Part shown: positions 51,268 to 61,649 of the stretch, piece by piece
How positions within the stretch are numbered: position 1 is the first letter of the stretch
How the letters are laid out: each line of letters opens with the position of its first letter
Source: Candidatus Latescibacterota bacterium
Lineage (GTDB): Bacteria > Latescibacterota > UBA2968
DNA length: 64,000 nucleotides
Assembly: GCA_965198115.1 (NCBI GenBank)
Contig: OZ240241.1
Span: 2,592,001 to 2,656,000 of the forward strand
Direction: 5' to 3'
The notes under the pieces: generated by a model
What the model saw: the letters and a program-made list of their open reading frames with translations, nothing else
Told to the model about the DNA's origin: nothing
Databases searched by the model: none
Position numbers and translations under genes: made by a program

Positions 51268-52487
51268 AGCTCGAGATGGTCCCGAATACTCCGCACGGCA
51301 CGCGCGATGTCCGGCTCGTGACCGAAAGAGCTCAAACGAAAGTAACCTTCGCCACTCGGCCCGAAACCCGATCCTGGGGTGCCGACGACGTGCGCTTCGG
51401 AAAGCAGCTTGTCGAAAAAGGCCCACGAATCCATTCCGTCAGGCGTTTTCATCCATAGATAGGGCGCGTTCGAACCTCCGAACACGGTCAGACCGATGCT
51501 CTCCAGACAGTCACGAATCGTCTTCGCGTTGACCTTGTAGTAGGCCACCATCTCCTCCGACTGTTGTCGTCCTTCCTTCGAAAGAGCCGCCAACGCGCCC
51601 TCCTGCACGATGTTGGCGGGGCCATTGTAGAACGTGTTCTGACGCCGTCGCCACATCGTATTCAGCTTGCCCGCTTCGGCGTCCTCAGCCACCAGAGCCT
51701 GAGGAACGACGGACCATCCCAGACGAAGCCCCGTGAACCCGTTGTCTTTCGAAAAGCTGTTCAACTCGATCGCGCATTCGGCCGCTCCGTCCAGCTCGTA
51801 AATCGACCGCGGAAGGTCCGGATCGGTGATGTAGGCGCTGTAAGCCGCGTCGAAGATGATCACCGCCTTGTGTTCTCGCGCGTAGAATATGAACGTTTCG
51901 AGCTGTGATTTCGTTGCAACGGCGCCCGTCGGATTGTTCGGATTGCACAGGTAGATCAGATCGACATCCTCGGACGGTGGCTCGGGTACGAACCCGTTCG
52001 CCTCCGTGCAGGGCAGATAGACCAACCCTTCGTATTGACCGTCCACGGCGTCGCCCGTCCGCCCGCCGATCACGTTCGTGTCGACATACACCGGATACGC
52101 CGGGTCCTGAACGCAGATCACAGCATCGTTCGAGAACAGCGATTGGATGTTGGCCGAATCCGACTTCGCGCCATCCGATATGAAAACCTCGCTCGCGTCG
52201 AGCCGAACGCCCCGCTCGGCGTAGCGATCGGCCAGTCCCTGACGAAGCGACTCATTGCCTTCCCCGTCGCCGTAGCCCGTGTAGGTGTCCGGGTCGCTCA
52301 ACCGGTCTACGGCGGCGTGTAGGCCATCGACGACATTCGACGTCAGCGGCTCGGTCGTGTCTCCAATTCCCAGTCGCATCACTTCGACACCGGGGTTGGC
52401 GTCCGTGAACTCAGCCGTTCGACGAGCGATCTCGGGGAACAGATATCCTGCCGCCAGTTTGTTGTAATTTGCGTTGATTCGGGCCAT
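51264..52487 (-). CDS. dapL: LL-diaminopimelate aminotransferase
   Basis: YLFPEI, LGIGDTT, SDGAKSD, PNNPTG, SFSK, TPGSGFG.GEGYFR. Confidence 0.95.
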   Translation of the reverse strand: MARINANYNKLAAGYLFPEIARRTAEFTDANPGVEVMRLGIGDTTEPLTSNVVDGLHAAVDRLSDPDTYTGYGDGEGNESLRQGLADRYAERGVRLDASEVFISDGAKSDSANIQSLFSNDAVICVQDPAYPVYVDTNVIGGRTGDAVDGQYEGLVYLPCTEANGFVPEPPSEDVDLIYLCNPNNPTGAVATKSQLETFIFYAREHKAVIIFDAAYSAYITDPDLPRSIYELDGAAECAIELNSFSKDNGFTGLRLGWSVVPQALVAEDAEAGKLNTMWRRRQNTFYNGPANIVQEGALAALSKEGRQQSEEMVAYYKVNAKTIRDCLESIGLTVFGGSNAPYLWMKTPDGMDSWAFFDKLLSEAHVVGTPGSGFGPSGEGYFRLSSFGHEPDIARAVRSIRDHLEL

Positions 52488-52560
52488 GCCTCTCCTCGTT
52501 CATCGAGTTCGGGGTTTCGCGATCAATCTAAGTAGCTGCCCTACCGGAGCAAACGGAAAC

Positions 52561-52586
52561 GCCGTCCCCACAAACGTGGGAACGGC
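52561..52586 (-). terminator. Hairpin downstream of frr, probable terminator
   Basis: GCCGT(T)CCCAC-loop-GTGGG(G)ACGGC followed by GTTTCCGTTT on the minus strand. Confidence 0.5.
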
Positions 52587-52611
52587 GCGCTCCTCATTCG
52601 GTGGAGGAATT

Positions 52612-53169
52612 TCAGACTTCCATAATTTCTTCTTCTTTTATTTTCAAAATTTCGTCGATCAATTTGATGTGACCGTCCGTCAGCTCCTGCACCTGGCCCT
52701 GGCCGCGTTTGGCGTCGTCCTCGGGCACCTCACCCTCGCGTTGCACCTCTTTCAACATGTCGTTGGCATCTCGTCGATGGCTCCGGATCGACACCTTGCA
52801 TTCCTCACCCATCTGACGCACGACTTTGACGAGATCTCTGCGACGCTCTTCCGTCAGCTGTGGGATCGGTAGACGCACGAGGTTGCCATCGTTCGAGGGC
52901 GTCAACCCCAGGTTCGACGTTTGAATTGCCTTTTCGATCTCGGGAATCGCCGTCTTGTCGAACGCCTGGATGGTGATCAACCTCGGCTCTGGTGCAGCGA
53001 CGTTGGCCACCTGATTCAGCGGCACTTGGGAACCGTAATATTCAACCCGGATGGCGTCGAGAAGCGTCGTGCTTGCACGCCCTGTACGGACGGTGCTGAT
53101 TTCGTGTCGGAAGGCCTCGACCGCCTTGTCCATGCCGGACTTGGCTTCGGCCATGATTTCGTCAACCAC
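52612..53169 (-). CDS. frr: Ribosome recycling factor
   Basis: VRTGRAS, YYGS, LTEERRRDLVK; 185 aa from a GTG start. Confidence 0.97.
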   Translation of the reverse strand: MVDEIMAEAKSGMDKAVEAFRHEISTVRTGRASTTLLDAIRVEYYGSQVPLNQVANVAAPEPRLITIQAFDKTAIPEIEKAIQTSNLGLTPSNDGNLVRLPIPQLTEERRRDLVKVVRQMGEECKVSIRSHRRDANDMLKEVQREGEVPEDDAKRGQGQVQELTDGHIKLIDEILKIKEEEIMEV

Positions 53170-53191
53170 GAGTCCCTCCTTGTGTGGGACT

Positions 53192-53791
53192 TCAGCTTTC
53201 CTCACCCAATACGAACCGTACGAACCGCCGGATGTTGACGTTTTCGCCACTCTTGGCGCGGAGTGTGTCGAGCAGATCCCTGATCGTCTGATCCGGGTCT
53301 TTCACGAACGCCTGTTCCATGAGGCAGACGTCCTGAAAGTACTTGTCCATTCGACCCTCGACGATTCGGTCTACGACATTCTCCGGTTTGCCTTCCTGCA
53401 GGGCCTGCTCCTTGAAAATGCGCTGCTCACGTTCGACCAGGTTCTGGTCGAGGTCTTCGCGGTTCACGACCAGGGGCGCCGCCGCAGCGATGTGCATGGC
53501 CATATCCTTCGCGAACCCCTGAAACTCGTCGGTCCGTGCCACGAAGTCGGTTTCGGAATTGACCTCGAGCATCACACCTAGCTTGCTGCCGGCGTGAATG
53601 TAGGACGCGACGACGCCTTCCTCTGCGGCACGCGCGGAGCGATCCTCGGCCTTGGCGATCCCAGCTTTGCGGAGGATCTCGACGGCCGCGTCCACGTCGC
53701 CGTCGGCCTCCGTCAGCGCTTTCTTACAGTCCATCATGCCGACGTTGGTTTTCTTGCGCAACTCCTGCACCATCTGTGCTGTAATCGCCAT
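53192..53791 (-). CDS. tsf: Elongation factor Ts (short form)
   Basis: GMMDCKKAL, ETDFVA, NIRRFVRF. Confidence 0.97.
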   Translation of the reverse strand: MAITAQMVQELRKKTNVGMMDCKKALTEADGDVDAAVEILRKAGIAKAEDRSARAAEEGVVASYIHAGSKLGVMLEVNSETDFVARTDEFQGFAKDMAMHIAAAAPLVVNREDLDQNLVEREQRIFKEQALQEGKPENVVDRIVEGRMDKYFQDVCLMEQAFVKDPDQTIRDLLDTLRAKSGENVNIRRFVRFVLGEES

Positions 53792-53836
53792 CTTCTCTAG
53801 TCCCGCCCTTTCAGCATCCCGTGCTCTGAGTCTGTC

Positions 53837-54643
53837 CTATCGGTTCTGTGCCGCGGTCGAAGTCGGGTTCGTCTCGACGATTTCGGTGATCTCCGGCTCC
53901 GATGCCACCTCCATCGGGCGCTGCTCTGAGACCTGCTCGGCTTCCTCGGCCGCGTCGTCGCGAGCGCTCTTGCCTTCGAGGACGGCATCCGACATCAGCC
54001 GCGTCACCAGCGTGATCGATCGGATGGCGTCGTCGTTCGCCGGGACCGGATAGTCGATCTCATCGGGGTTGCTGTTGGTATCGACGAGGGCGACAATCGG
54101 AATCTCGAGCCGTCGCGCCTCCGCCACCGCGATCCGCTCCTTCTTCGTGTCGACGACGAACACCAGCCCGGGCAAACGTCCCATGTCACGGATGCCGCCG
54201 AGTGAGGCCTGCAGCTTGCCGCGTTCCCTGTCCAGACGGAGACCCTCTTTCTTGGTCAGGCGTTCGTAAGTCCCATCCTGACTCATCTTGTCGAGGTTTT
54301 CCAGACGACGGATACTTTGGCGAATCGTCTGGTAGTTGGTCAGCATGCCACCCAGCCACCGTTCGGTCACGTTGAACATCTCGCACCGGTCTGCCTCGTT
54401 CCGCACGACGTCTCGGGCCTGCTTTTTCGTGCCCACGAAAAGAACGGGTTCACCGTTCTCGACAGCTTCGCGAACCACCTTGTAGGCCTCTTCGATCTGC
54501 CGAAGTGTCTTCTGCAGATCGATGATGTATATGCCGTTACGCTCAGTGAAGATGTACTTCTTCATCTTCGGGTTCCATCGTCGGGTCTGATGCCCGAAAT
54601 GAACGCCCGCCTCGAGCAACTCCTTCATCGATACGACTGCCAT
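53837..54643 (-). CDS. rpsB: 30S ribosomal protein S2
   Basis: [34 protein letters not shown]. Confidence 0.98.
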   Translation of the reverse strand: MAVVSMKELLEAGVHFGHQTRRWNPKMKKYIFTERNGIYIIDLQKTLRQIEEAYKVVREAVENGEPVLFVGTKKQARDVVRNEADRCEMFNVTERWLGGMLTNYQTIRQSIRRLENLDKMSQDGTYERLTKKEGLRLDRERGKLQASLGGIRDMGRLPGLVFVVDTKKERIAVAEARRLEIPIVALVDTNSNPDEIDYPVPANDDAIRSITLVTRLMSDAVLEGKSARDDAAEEAEQVSEQRPMEVASEPEITEIVETNPTSTAAQNR

Positions 54644-54804
54644 TCAATACCTCCTGGTGCGTCGACGACGCAATCGGGTTGGACCTGCGTGCCCGTCTGC
54701 CCGCCTCCGAACCGTCCCGGCCGAAACCGGAATCGGCACCCCGAACGCGGTCGGAGCACACGTGAATTCGGCCCTCGCACCCGAGCGCGAGGGCCGTTGA
54801 TGAC
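54644..54804 (-). promoter_or_regulatory. Structured rpsB 5' leader (candidate S2 autoregulatory element), preceded by the hairpin GGCCCTCGC...GCGAGGGCC
   Basis: 160-nt GC-rich non-coding gap with several stems; S2 leaders are known upstream of rpsB; the family assignment is inferred. Confidence 0.45.
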
Positions 54805-55197
54805 TCAGCGTTTGGAGAACTGGAAGCGCTTTCTGGCTCCAGGGCGCCCCGGCTTCTTCCTTTCAACCACTCTTGGATCCCGTGTCAACAGCCCTTGATC
54901 CCGGAGTGGCCTGCGATAGGTCTCGCTCAACGCGAGCAGGGTGCGTGAGAGACCCAGTCGAATCGCGCCCGCCTGGCCGCTCAGCCCGCCGCCCTTCGTG
55001 TGGGCCACGATGTCGTAGGTTCCGGCCGTTTCCGTGACCTCCATAGGCTGCTCGACGGTCATCACGAGTACTTCGCGCTTCAAATACTCGAGCGCGGGTT
55101 TGCCGTTGACCGTGATGTTCCCGCTGCCTGGAAACAGCCGCACGAAGGCCGACGAGGACTTTCGTCTTCCCGTCGCTGTTGCTAGAGGTTTTGCCAA
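54805..55197 (-). CDS. rpsI: 30S ribosomal protein S9
   Basis: TGRRKSS, GGGLSGQAGAIR, C-terminal QFSKR. Confidence 0.98.
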   Translation of the reverse strand: MAKPLATATGRRKSSSAFVRLFPGSGNITVNGKPALEYLKREVLVMTVEQPMEVTETAGTYDIVAHTKGGGLSGQAGAIRLGLSRTLLALSETYRRPLRDQGLLTRDPRVVERKKPGRPGARKRFQFSKR

Positions 55198-55210
55198 GAG
55201 ATCCTCCCGA

Positions 55211-55639
55211 TTACAAATCGATCGGTTCTGGTTTCTGACTCGCCTGCTTGTGCTCGCCGCCGGCGTAAATCCGAACCTTTTTCATCATCTTTCGTCCGAG
55301 CCTGTTCTTCGGCAACATTCCCCGGATCGCGTGCTCGAGCGCGTAAGTCGGACGCGAGTCGAGCACCTTTTGGAGGTTGCGCTTCTTGAGACCGCCCGGG
55401 TACCCGCTGTAGCGCGTATAGATCTTGCCCTGCAGCTTGTTTCCCGTCACCCGAACCTTGTCGGCATTGATGATCACCACGTGATCGCCCGTGTCGACGT
55501 GGGGCGTGTAGATCGGCTTGTGCTTGCCCTTCAAGATATGCGCGACTTCACTCGCAAAGCGACCGAGCACTTTGCCCTCTGCGTCGGCCAAAAACCACTT
55601 GCGGTGGATCTCACCCTTCTTTCCACTCACGGTCTTCAT
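55211..55639 (-). CDS. rplM: 50S ribosomal protein L13
   Basis: [23 protein letters not shown]. Confidence 0.98.
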   Translation of the reverse strand: MKTVSGKKGEIHRKWFLADAEGKVLGRFASEVAHILKGKHKPIYTPHVDTGDHVVIINADKVRVTGNKLQGKIYTRYSGYPGGLKKRNLQKVLDSRPTYALEHAIRGMLPKNRLGRKMMKKVRIYAGGEHKQASQKPEPIDL

Positions 55640-55748
55640 GGGTCGTCGGGCGTGTTCGTGCGTGCGAACGTGCGCCTTCTTCTCCTTCGAGGTTGATCGA
55701 GAGCGAGATACGCCTCAAAAGGGCGTATTTCGCTCGATTGAGCCTCAA

Positions 55749-55777
55749 AAAGTATAAGAAGCCCGAATTCCTGTCAA
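55749..55777 (-). promoter_or_regulatory. Putative sigma70 promoter of the rplM operon
   Basis: Minus strand reads TTGACA-N17-TACTTT (overlapping TATACT). Confidence 0.55.
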
Positions 55778-55800
55778 GCAGTTTAAGTAATGAACGTGGA

Positions 55801-56337
55801 TCAGTCGGAGGTGTTTGTTTCGCGGATCTTGGTCAGAAACGTGGAGAGGGGAACCGTGTAGGCACCCGCATCGGTGGGCTTGAACGCTGCACCCTCGGGG
55901 ATCGGCGTGCTGCCCCGCAGAAGTTGCACCTGCGGCCCTTTCAGCACGCGATAGCACCCTTGAGACAACCCGACGGGCCAGGGCGACCCCTCGTCGTTCG
56001 GTTCCGACAGAAAGACTACCGTTTCCTGGCCTACGGAGAAGGTGGGCATACCGGGAACGGTCACGTGACGGTCCTCGAGTCGCCCCCCGGGGAGCGTCAC
56101 GACCAGTGTTGTCGTGGGCTCACCCTTCACCGACTCGAGCACTTCGAACGTGGTCTGCGTGTGGACACCCACTCGATCGTCCGTGGGAACGACCACGACC
56201 TCTGTGCATCGAACGTGGGCAATCGTACGCGCACGCTCGCACAGCGTATCGAACTCGAACCTCACGACGGACGTGGCCCGAGCCGGGTGCGGGCAACTTA
56301 GGACTGCGGCAAGTAGGGATAGTAAGGCGGTACGCAC
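55801..56337 (-). CDS. Secreted hypothetical protein
   Basis: Signal peptide, VLESVKG...LPGG...VPGMPTF..G...VVFL...GLSQG pattern. Confidence 0.65.
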   Translation of the reverse strand: MRTALLSLLAAVLSCPHPARATSVVRFEFDTLCERARTIAHVRCTEVVVVPTDDRVGVHTQTTFEVLESVKGEPTTTLVVTLPGGRLEDRHVTVPGMPTFSVGQETVVFLSEPNDEGSPWPVGLSQGCYRVLKGPQVQLLRGSTPIPEGAAFKPTDAGAYTVPLSTFLTKIRETNTSD

Positions 56338-56403
56338 GGTCGGATCTCGCGACAGGTGTGGTCGTGACGTTCCTTTGAACGCACCTGTCTATCGAGCGTT
56401 CCC

Positions 56404-56963
56404 CTATTGGAGCACGAAGCTCTGGAAGTAGACCTCTTTGACCGCCTCGGGCGGCGGGTTCGGACTGAGGAATTCGTTCAGGACCATCTTCATCTCGGCC
56501 TTGATTTCATCGTGATACCTCGGATCCAGCTGATCGATCGTCTTTTCGGACAGCACGGCGATCAATCGATCCACGATCCGGGAAGCCAGCTTGTTTTCCT
56601 CGATCGTCGTGAAAACCGGTTCCGAGGACAGTCCCAGGTGCACCTGGACGCTCGCAAAACGAAGGCCCCGGTTCCTGCCGGGTTTACGACGATCGGATCG
56701 AGCTTGTCCCAGATCACTTCCTTCTGCTCGGGGATATCCATCTGGGCAGCGGAGACCATCTCCTCACCTTCGACCGCCTCGCCATCGGATCCCCCGAAGA
56801 ACCAGGCCCCAATCGCATAGCCGATGATGATCTGGACGACGAGGACCACCCCGATCAGGGGCAGATACCGCATGAGTGGTGAGCCTTCACCACTCTCCTC
56901 CTCTTCTCCCTCTTCATCTCCCAGATCGTCCATCGAGCCAAGTAGATCTTCTTCTTCTGCCAT
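56404..56963 (-). CDS. fliL: FliL family protein (frameshift near 56660)
   Basis: Acidic N-terminus, single TM, PIVVNPAG, C-terminal VKEVYFQSFVLQ. Confidence 0.8.
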
Positions 56964-57073
56964 AGCCTATCTCCTCGATGAGATCCTTCGCGAGCGGCCG
57001 GAACATCCGAAGTCACCGATCGTCGCGCTATGAAGCTCCCACACATCGATTATCGACAAAACCGGGGCATTCT

Positions 57074-58456
57074 TCAATGATTCGGCACGCTTCCCTCGTC
57101 CGACAGGAGCCGTTCGGCCAGCGCGAGGGCGGCCGAACGGCTTTTCAACCGACCGTCCAACTGCTCCTCTTCGACGTCGGCAAGCACGCGACCGAAGGCC
57201 GGTCCGGGACGATAGCCCAGCGCGATCAGGTCATCGCCGCCGATCAGCGGCGACGGACGGATCTCGTCCGGCTTCAACCGCTGGAGCGCCTCGACGCAGA
57301 AGCGGTAGTTGTCGAGGTTCCCGTGGCTGGCCAGGCAATCGATGCGATGGAGTACCAGATGATCTTCGAACCTCGGTGTTCGAAGCAGTCGCTTGAGCTT
57401 GGCGGGTCGCATTTCGTGAACGTGGGAGAAACGATGATGGTCTGCGACGAGCCGCACCACGTGCATCATCGCCTCGGTCGATAGCAGAAGACGACGGCAG
57501 ATTCGCTCGGCGATCTCCGCCCCCACGTGCGTGTGGAGGTTGAACCGAATCCGGTCCACCACGCGGTATGTCGGCGGTTTGCCCACGTCGTGCAGCAGAA
57601 GCCCGAGTGCCAGTTCAGGCGAAGGTGACTCCGAGATTCCGAGCATGATCAGCGTATGCGTGAACACATCCCCCTCGGGATGGAACTGGGGAGGCTGAGG
57701 CACGCCAGCCATCGCCGAGACTTCAGGCAAGATCACGTCCATCAGACCCGTGTCGAGCAGAAGGCGAAGACCCCACGGAGCCCCACCTTCTGTCAGTGTC
57801 CGCAGCAGCTCGTCACGAATCCTTTCCGGACTGATCGCTTCGATCGACGGTGCCGCCCGCCGGATCGCGGCGAGCGTTCCCGCATCGACAGACCAGTTCA
57901 GCCGTGCTGCAAATCGAACCGCGCGCAGCATCCTCAGACGGTCCTCATCGAACCGTGCATTCGGATCCCCAATCGTCCGAATCGTGCGGCGTTCGATGTC
58001 TTCGACCCCGCCCACGTGGTCGAGGAGACGGTCTTCGACCGGATCGTAGAACAACCCGTTGACCGTGAAGTCCCGACGACGTGCGTCTTCCTTCTCATCT
58101 GCGAAAACCACCTCGTCGGGATGACGTCCGTCGCTGTACGCGCCCTCCTTCCGGAACCGGGCGACCTCGTAGACCCGGTCCCCCATCGACACACGGACCA
58201 CACCGAACGCCGCCCCCACGTAACGAGCGTCCGCGCCCGGCGTGTTCGCGAACAGCCGGAGAACCTCATCGGGATCGGCATCCGACGCAATGTCGTAATC
58301 GGCGGGGCGATGGCCGAGTACGCGATCCCGCACGCACCCGCCCGCCCAGAGCGCGCGATGACCCGCATCGGACAGACGCCGAACGATTGCGAGGGCGCCC
58401 TCCTCGAGAGCGCCCTCGTCGACCGTACTGCGAGTAGGATTTTGAACGTCAACCAT
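57074..58456 (-). CDS. CCA tRNA nucleotidyltransferase / poly(A) polymerase family protein with HD domain
   Basis: [40 protein letters not shown]. Confidence 0.9.
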   Translation of the reverse strand: MVDVQNPTRSTVDEGALEEGALAIVRRLSDAGHRALWAGGCVRDRVLGHRPADYDIASDADPDEVLRLFANTPGADARYVGAAFGVVRVSMGDRVYEVARFRKEGAYSDGRHPDEVVFADEKEDARRRDFTVNGLFYDPVEDRLLDHVGGVEDIERRTIRTIGDPNARFDEDRLRMLRAVRFAARLNWSVDAGTLAAIRRAAPSIEAISPERIRDELLRTLTEGGAPWGLRLLLDTGLMDVILPEVSAMAGVPQPPQFHPEGDVFTHTLIMLGISESPSPELALGLLLHDVGKPPTYRVVDRIRFNLHTHVGAEIAERICRRLLLSTEAMMHVVRLVADHHRFSHVHEMRPAKLKRLLRTPRFEDHLVLHRIDCLASHGNLDNYRFCVEALQRLKPDEIRPSPLIGGDDLIALGYRPGPAFGRVLADVEEEQLDGRLKSRSAALALAERLLSDEGSVPNH

Positions 58457-59741
58457 GACGAGACGGAACGCGCTCGATGTGCGCGCCCAGGGATCGCAGT
58501 CGCTCGTCGATCCGTTCGTAGCCTCTGTCTATTTGCTCGATGTTGTCGATCACGCTCTTCCCCTCTGCACACAGGCTGGCGAGCAGCAACGCCATACCCG
58601 CCCGTACGTCGGGACTCATCAGGTGTTCGCCATACAGTTTGGACGGCCCCACGACCACCGCGCGGTGCGGGTCGCAAAGAATGATCTTGGCTCCCATTTC
58701 GATCAGCCGGTCGACCCAGAACAGACGAGACTCGAACATCTTTTCGAAAAACAGGACGGTCCCCCGCGACTGCGTGGCCACCACGATGGCGATGCTCATC
58801 AAGTCGGCCGGAAAACCGGGCCACGGATCGTCGTCGATCTTAGGAATCGCATCGCCAATATCGGGCACGATCTCGAGCTTTTGAAACTCCGGCACGACGA
58901 TGTCTTTGCCGTCGACCTCCACTTCGACCCCGAGCCGGCGGAACACCATCAACGACCGACGCATGTTTTCCGGGGCGGCGTCCTCGATGCGAATCGACCC
59001 GTTCGTCACGGCCGCCAGCCCGATGAAGCTCCCGACCTCCATGTAGTCCGGGCCGATCGTGTGATCCGTGCCCGTCAGCGTTTCCACGCCCTCGATCGTC
59101 AGCTCGTTCGTCCCGATGCCGCCGATCTGGGCACCCATGGCGTTCAGAAAATGGCAAAGCTCCTGGACGTGCGGCTCGCTCGCGGCATTCCGGATCGTCG
59201 TCTGACCCTTGGCCAGGACGGCCGCCATCAGGGCATTCTCGGTGCCCGTAACGCTCCGCTCGTCTAGAAAAATGTCTGCGCCTGCCAGACCGTCGGGGGC
59301 ACGCAGTTCGTAGATGTGATTCGTATAAACCCGCGCGCCCAGGGCCTCGAGCGCGAGGATATGCGTGTCAACACGACGCCGGCCGATCTTGTCGCCACCC
59401 GGGCGCGGAACGGTCGCCCGCCCGAACTTGGCGAGCAGCGGACCAGAAAACATGAAACCACCCCGAACCTGCCTGCACAGATCGGCGTTCAGAACGGTCT
59501 TATGGACGGAGCGGGCGCACAACGTAAGGGTGTGGGCGTCCAGCTCGGCAACCTCGACGCCGATATCGCGCATGATATCCAGAATCGTCGCGCGATCACG
59601 CGTCTCCGGCACGTTCCGGAGCGTAACCTTCTCTTCCGTCAGCAGGCTGGCCGCAAGAACCGCCTGGAGCGCGTTCTTGTTCCCGGCCACCCGTATCGTC
59701 CCGGAGAGCTGACGCCCTCCCTCGACGATGAACTGAGCCAT
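58449..59741 (-). CDS. murA: UDP-N-acetylglucosamine 1-carboxyvinyltransferase
   Basis: [33 protein letters not shown]. Confidence 0.95.
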   Translation of the reverse strand: MAQFIVEGGRQLSGTIRVAGNKNALQAVLAASLLTEEKVTLRNVPETRDRATILDIMRDIGVEVAELDAHTLTLCARSVHKTVLNADLCRQVRGGFMFSGPLLAKFGRATVPRPGGDKIGRRRVDTHILALEALGARVYTNHIYELRAPDGLAGADIFLDERSVTGTENALMAAVLAKGQTTIRNAASEPHVQELCHFLNAMGAQIGGIGTNELTIEGVETLTGTDHTIGPDYMEVGSFIGLAAVTNGSIRIEDAAPENMRRSLMVFRRLGVEVEVDGKDIVVPEFQKLEIVPDIGDAIPKIDDDPWPGFPADLMSIAIVVATQSRGTVLFFEKMFESRLFWVDRLIEMGAKIILCDPHRAVVVGPSKLYGEHLMSPDVRAGMALLLASLCAEGKSVIDNIEQIDRGYERIDERLRSLGAHIERVPSRHG

Positions 59742-59840
59742 AAGCGGATTCGCCTCCAGCTTGAAGGCAGAGAGAATGGTGTGGGGTGACTGCGTCTAAG
59801 TCCAACTATAACATATCCTTGCGGCTACTTCAAGAGCAAT

Positions 59841-60923
59841 CTACGCGACACCGGCGCCCGGACTGGCCTGGTAGAGCTGTCCACACCCTGCGGTGATGTC
59901 CGTCCCCTTGCTGTATCGGACCGTGGCCGTCATCTGGGCCGACGCGATCGTCTCGACGAAGGCGTGGATCGTCGTTTCCGAGGGTCGATCGAAAGCCTCG
60001 CCGTCGATCGGATTCCACGGGATCACGTTGATCTTGCAGGGGATGGGCCGAACGAGATCGACGAGGGCGCGGGCGTCCGCCACCGAGTCGTTCACGCCCG
60101 CCAAAAGCACATACTCGAACGTGACATACCGACCGAACGCGCGCTGGTAGCCGGCGACCGTCCCCAGGAGGACACGGATCGGCCACCGGCGGTTGATCGG
60201 CATGATCTCGTCCCGCAGCGTATCCGTCGTCGCGTTCAGCGAGACGGCGAGCATCACGTGCGGTCCTTCCTCGGTCAGCGTCTGTATACCCGGCACGTGC
60301 CCTGCCGTCGAGAGCGTGATCCGGCGACGGCTGATAGCCGGGCCGTAGTCCAGGTTGATGATCCGAATCGCACGCGACACCGCCGGCAGGTTCAGCATCG
60401 GCTCGCCCATGCCCATCAGAACCACGTTCGTCAGATCCTCGTCCAGGACCGACAGATGCCGCCGGGCCGTCACCACCTGGTCCACGATCTCTCCCGCCGT
60501 CAGGTTGCGGACCAATCCCATTTTCCCCGTCGCGCAAAAAGTGCAGTCGAGAGGACACCCGACCTGTGACGACACGCACAACGTGCGACGCCTGCCTTCG
60601 GACATCAGGACGCTTTCGACACGGCGCCCGTCCTCCAGCTCGAACAGATACTTGGTCGCCTGACCCGTCGGATCGACGAGCGCTTCCGCCTCTCGCAGAT
60701 TCTGGATCTGCGCGCACTCAGCCAGCTTCCGCCGGTGCTCTTTCGACAGGTTGGTCATTGCGTCGAAGGACCGCGCGCCGTAGCCGTAGATCCATTGTGC
60801 GATCTGGCGGCCCCGGTAGCGTTCCAGACCGACGGAGACAGCGATGGTCTCCAGCTCGCTCGGTAGCAGACCCTTCAGTTCGGTCCGGGCGGAAACGTGC
60901 CCGCCGTTCTCGGTCAGGGTCAA
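59841..60923 (-). CDS. rlmN: 23S rRNA (A2503-C2) methyltransferase, radical SAM
   Basis: CVSSQVGCPLDCTFC, MGMGEP, FEYV, GCGQL. Confidence 0.95.
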   Translation of the reverse strand: MTLTENGGHVSARTELKGLLPSELETIAVSVGLERYRGRQIAQWIYGYGARSFDAMTNLSKEHRRKLAECAQIQNLREAEALVDPTGQATKYLFELEDGRRVESVLMSEGRRRTLCVSSQVGCPLDCTFCATGKMGLVRNLTAGEIVDQVVTARRHLSVLDEDLTNVVLMGMGEPMLNLPAVSRAIRIINLDYGPAISRRRITLSTAGHVPGIQTLTEEGPHVMLAVSLNATTDTLRDEIMPINRRWPIRVLLGTVAGYQRAFGRYVTFEYVLLAGVNDSVADARALVDLVRPIPCKINVIPWNPIDGEAFDRPSETTIHAFVETIASAQMTATVRYSKGTDITAGCGQLYQASPGAGVA

Positions 60924-60945
60924 ACCGTGCTTTTTGAGATTGGAG

Positions 60946-60974
60946 TTGACACGTTGTGAGCTTTGGCCTAATTT
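60946..60974 (+). promoter_or_regulatory. Putative sigma70 promoter facing the IS200 and the M23 gene
   Basis: TTGACA-N17-TAATTT. Confidence 0.5.
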
Positions 60975-61011
60975 CGGGTTCCGTTGCGGGTAATAACCAT
61001 AAATTACAGGT

Positions 61012-61641
61012 AGTCATGACCTCCGGCAAAGCCGGAGGCTTGAAAACTTGTGAACCGCTCAAAGCGGTTGGAAACCAAGCGCCACCTAAAGGTGGCGATT
61101 ACCTGAAAATGTTGAGCTGGTCGAGACGCCGGTCCTCCCGCTCCTGGTTCTGGATATACTCCCGAACCGTCTGTTCATCCTTGCCAACGGTGGAGACCCA
61201 GTAGCCTCTTGCCCAGAAATGCTGCCCGGTGAAGTTCGACCTGCGTCCCAGATAGTTCCGAGCAATGTGAATCGCACTCTTTCCTTTGATGAACCCTACC
61301 GTCTGAGCTACTGAGTGCTTCGGCGGGATCGAAATCAGCATGTGCACATGGTCGGATCGCAGGTGACCCTCTTCCACACGGCATTCCTTCTGTGCGGCCA
61401 GATCCCGAATCACCTCGCCCAGATAGCAACGAATTTCACCATACAACACTTTCTACGATACTTCCGAACCCAAACAACGTGATACTTGCACTCCCATACC
61501 GTGTGACGTAGACTCCTTACGTTGTTCATTAGAGAGCCTTCCTTCCGTGTGCTTTGAGCGGTCCACGGCAAGGGAGGCTCTTACATATTTCTGGAACTGT
61601 CAAACTCTGGGAGTCTCCCCGGCAGAGCCGGGGGCTTACCA
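61012..61641 (-). mobile_element. IS200/IS605-family element (tnpA only)
   Basis: Subterminal hairpins CCTCCGGC-AAA-GCCGGAGG (61020-61038) and CCCCGGC-AGA-GCCGGGG (61617-61633) flank a Y1 transposase; ends approximate. Confidence 0.9.
61099..61529 (-). CDS. tnpA: Y1 (HUH) transposase, 1-nt deletion near 61465
   Basis: CKYHVVW, DHVH, KGKS, FWARGY, REYIQNQ. Confidence 0.9.
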
Positions 61642-61649
61642 AGGTTTAG

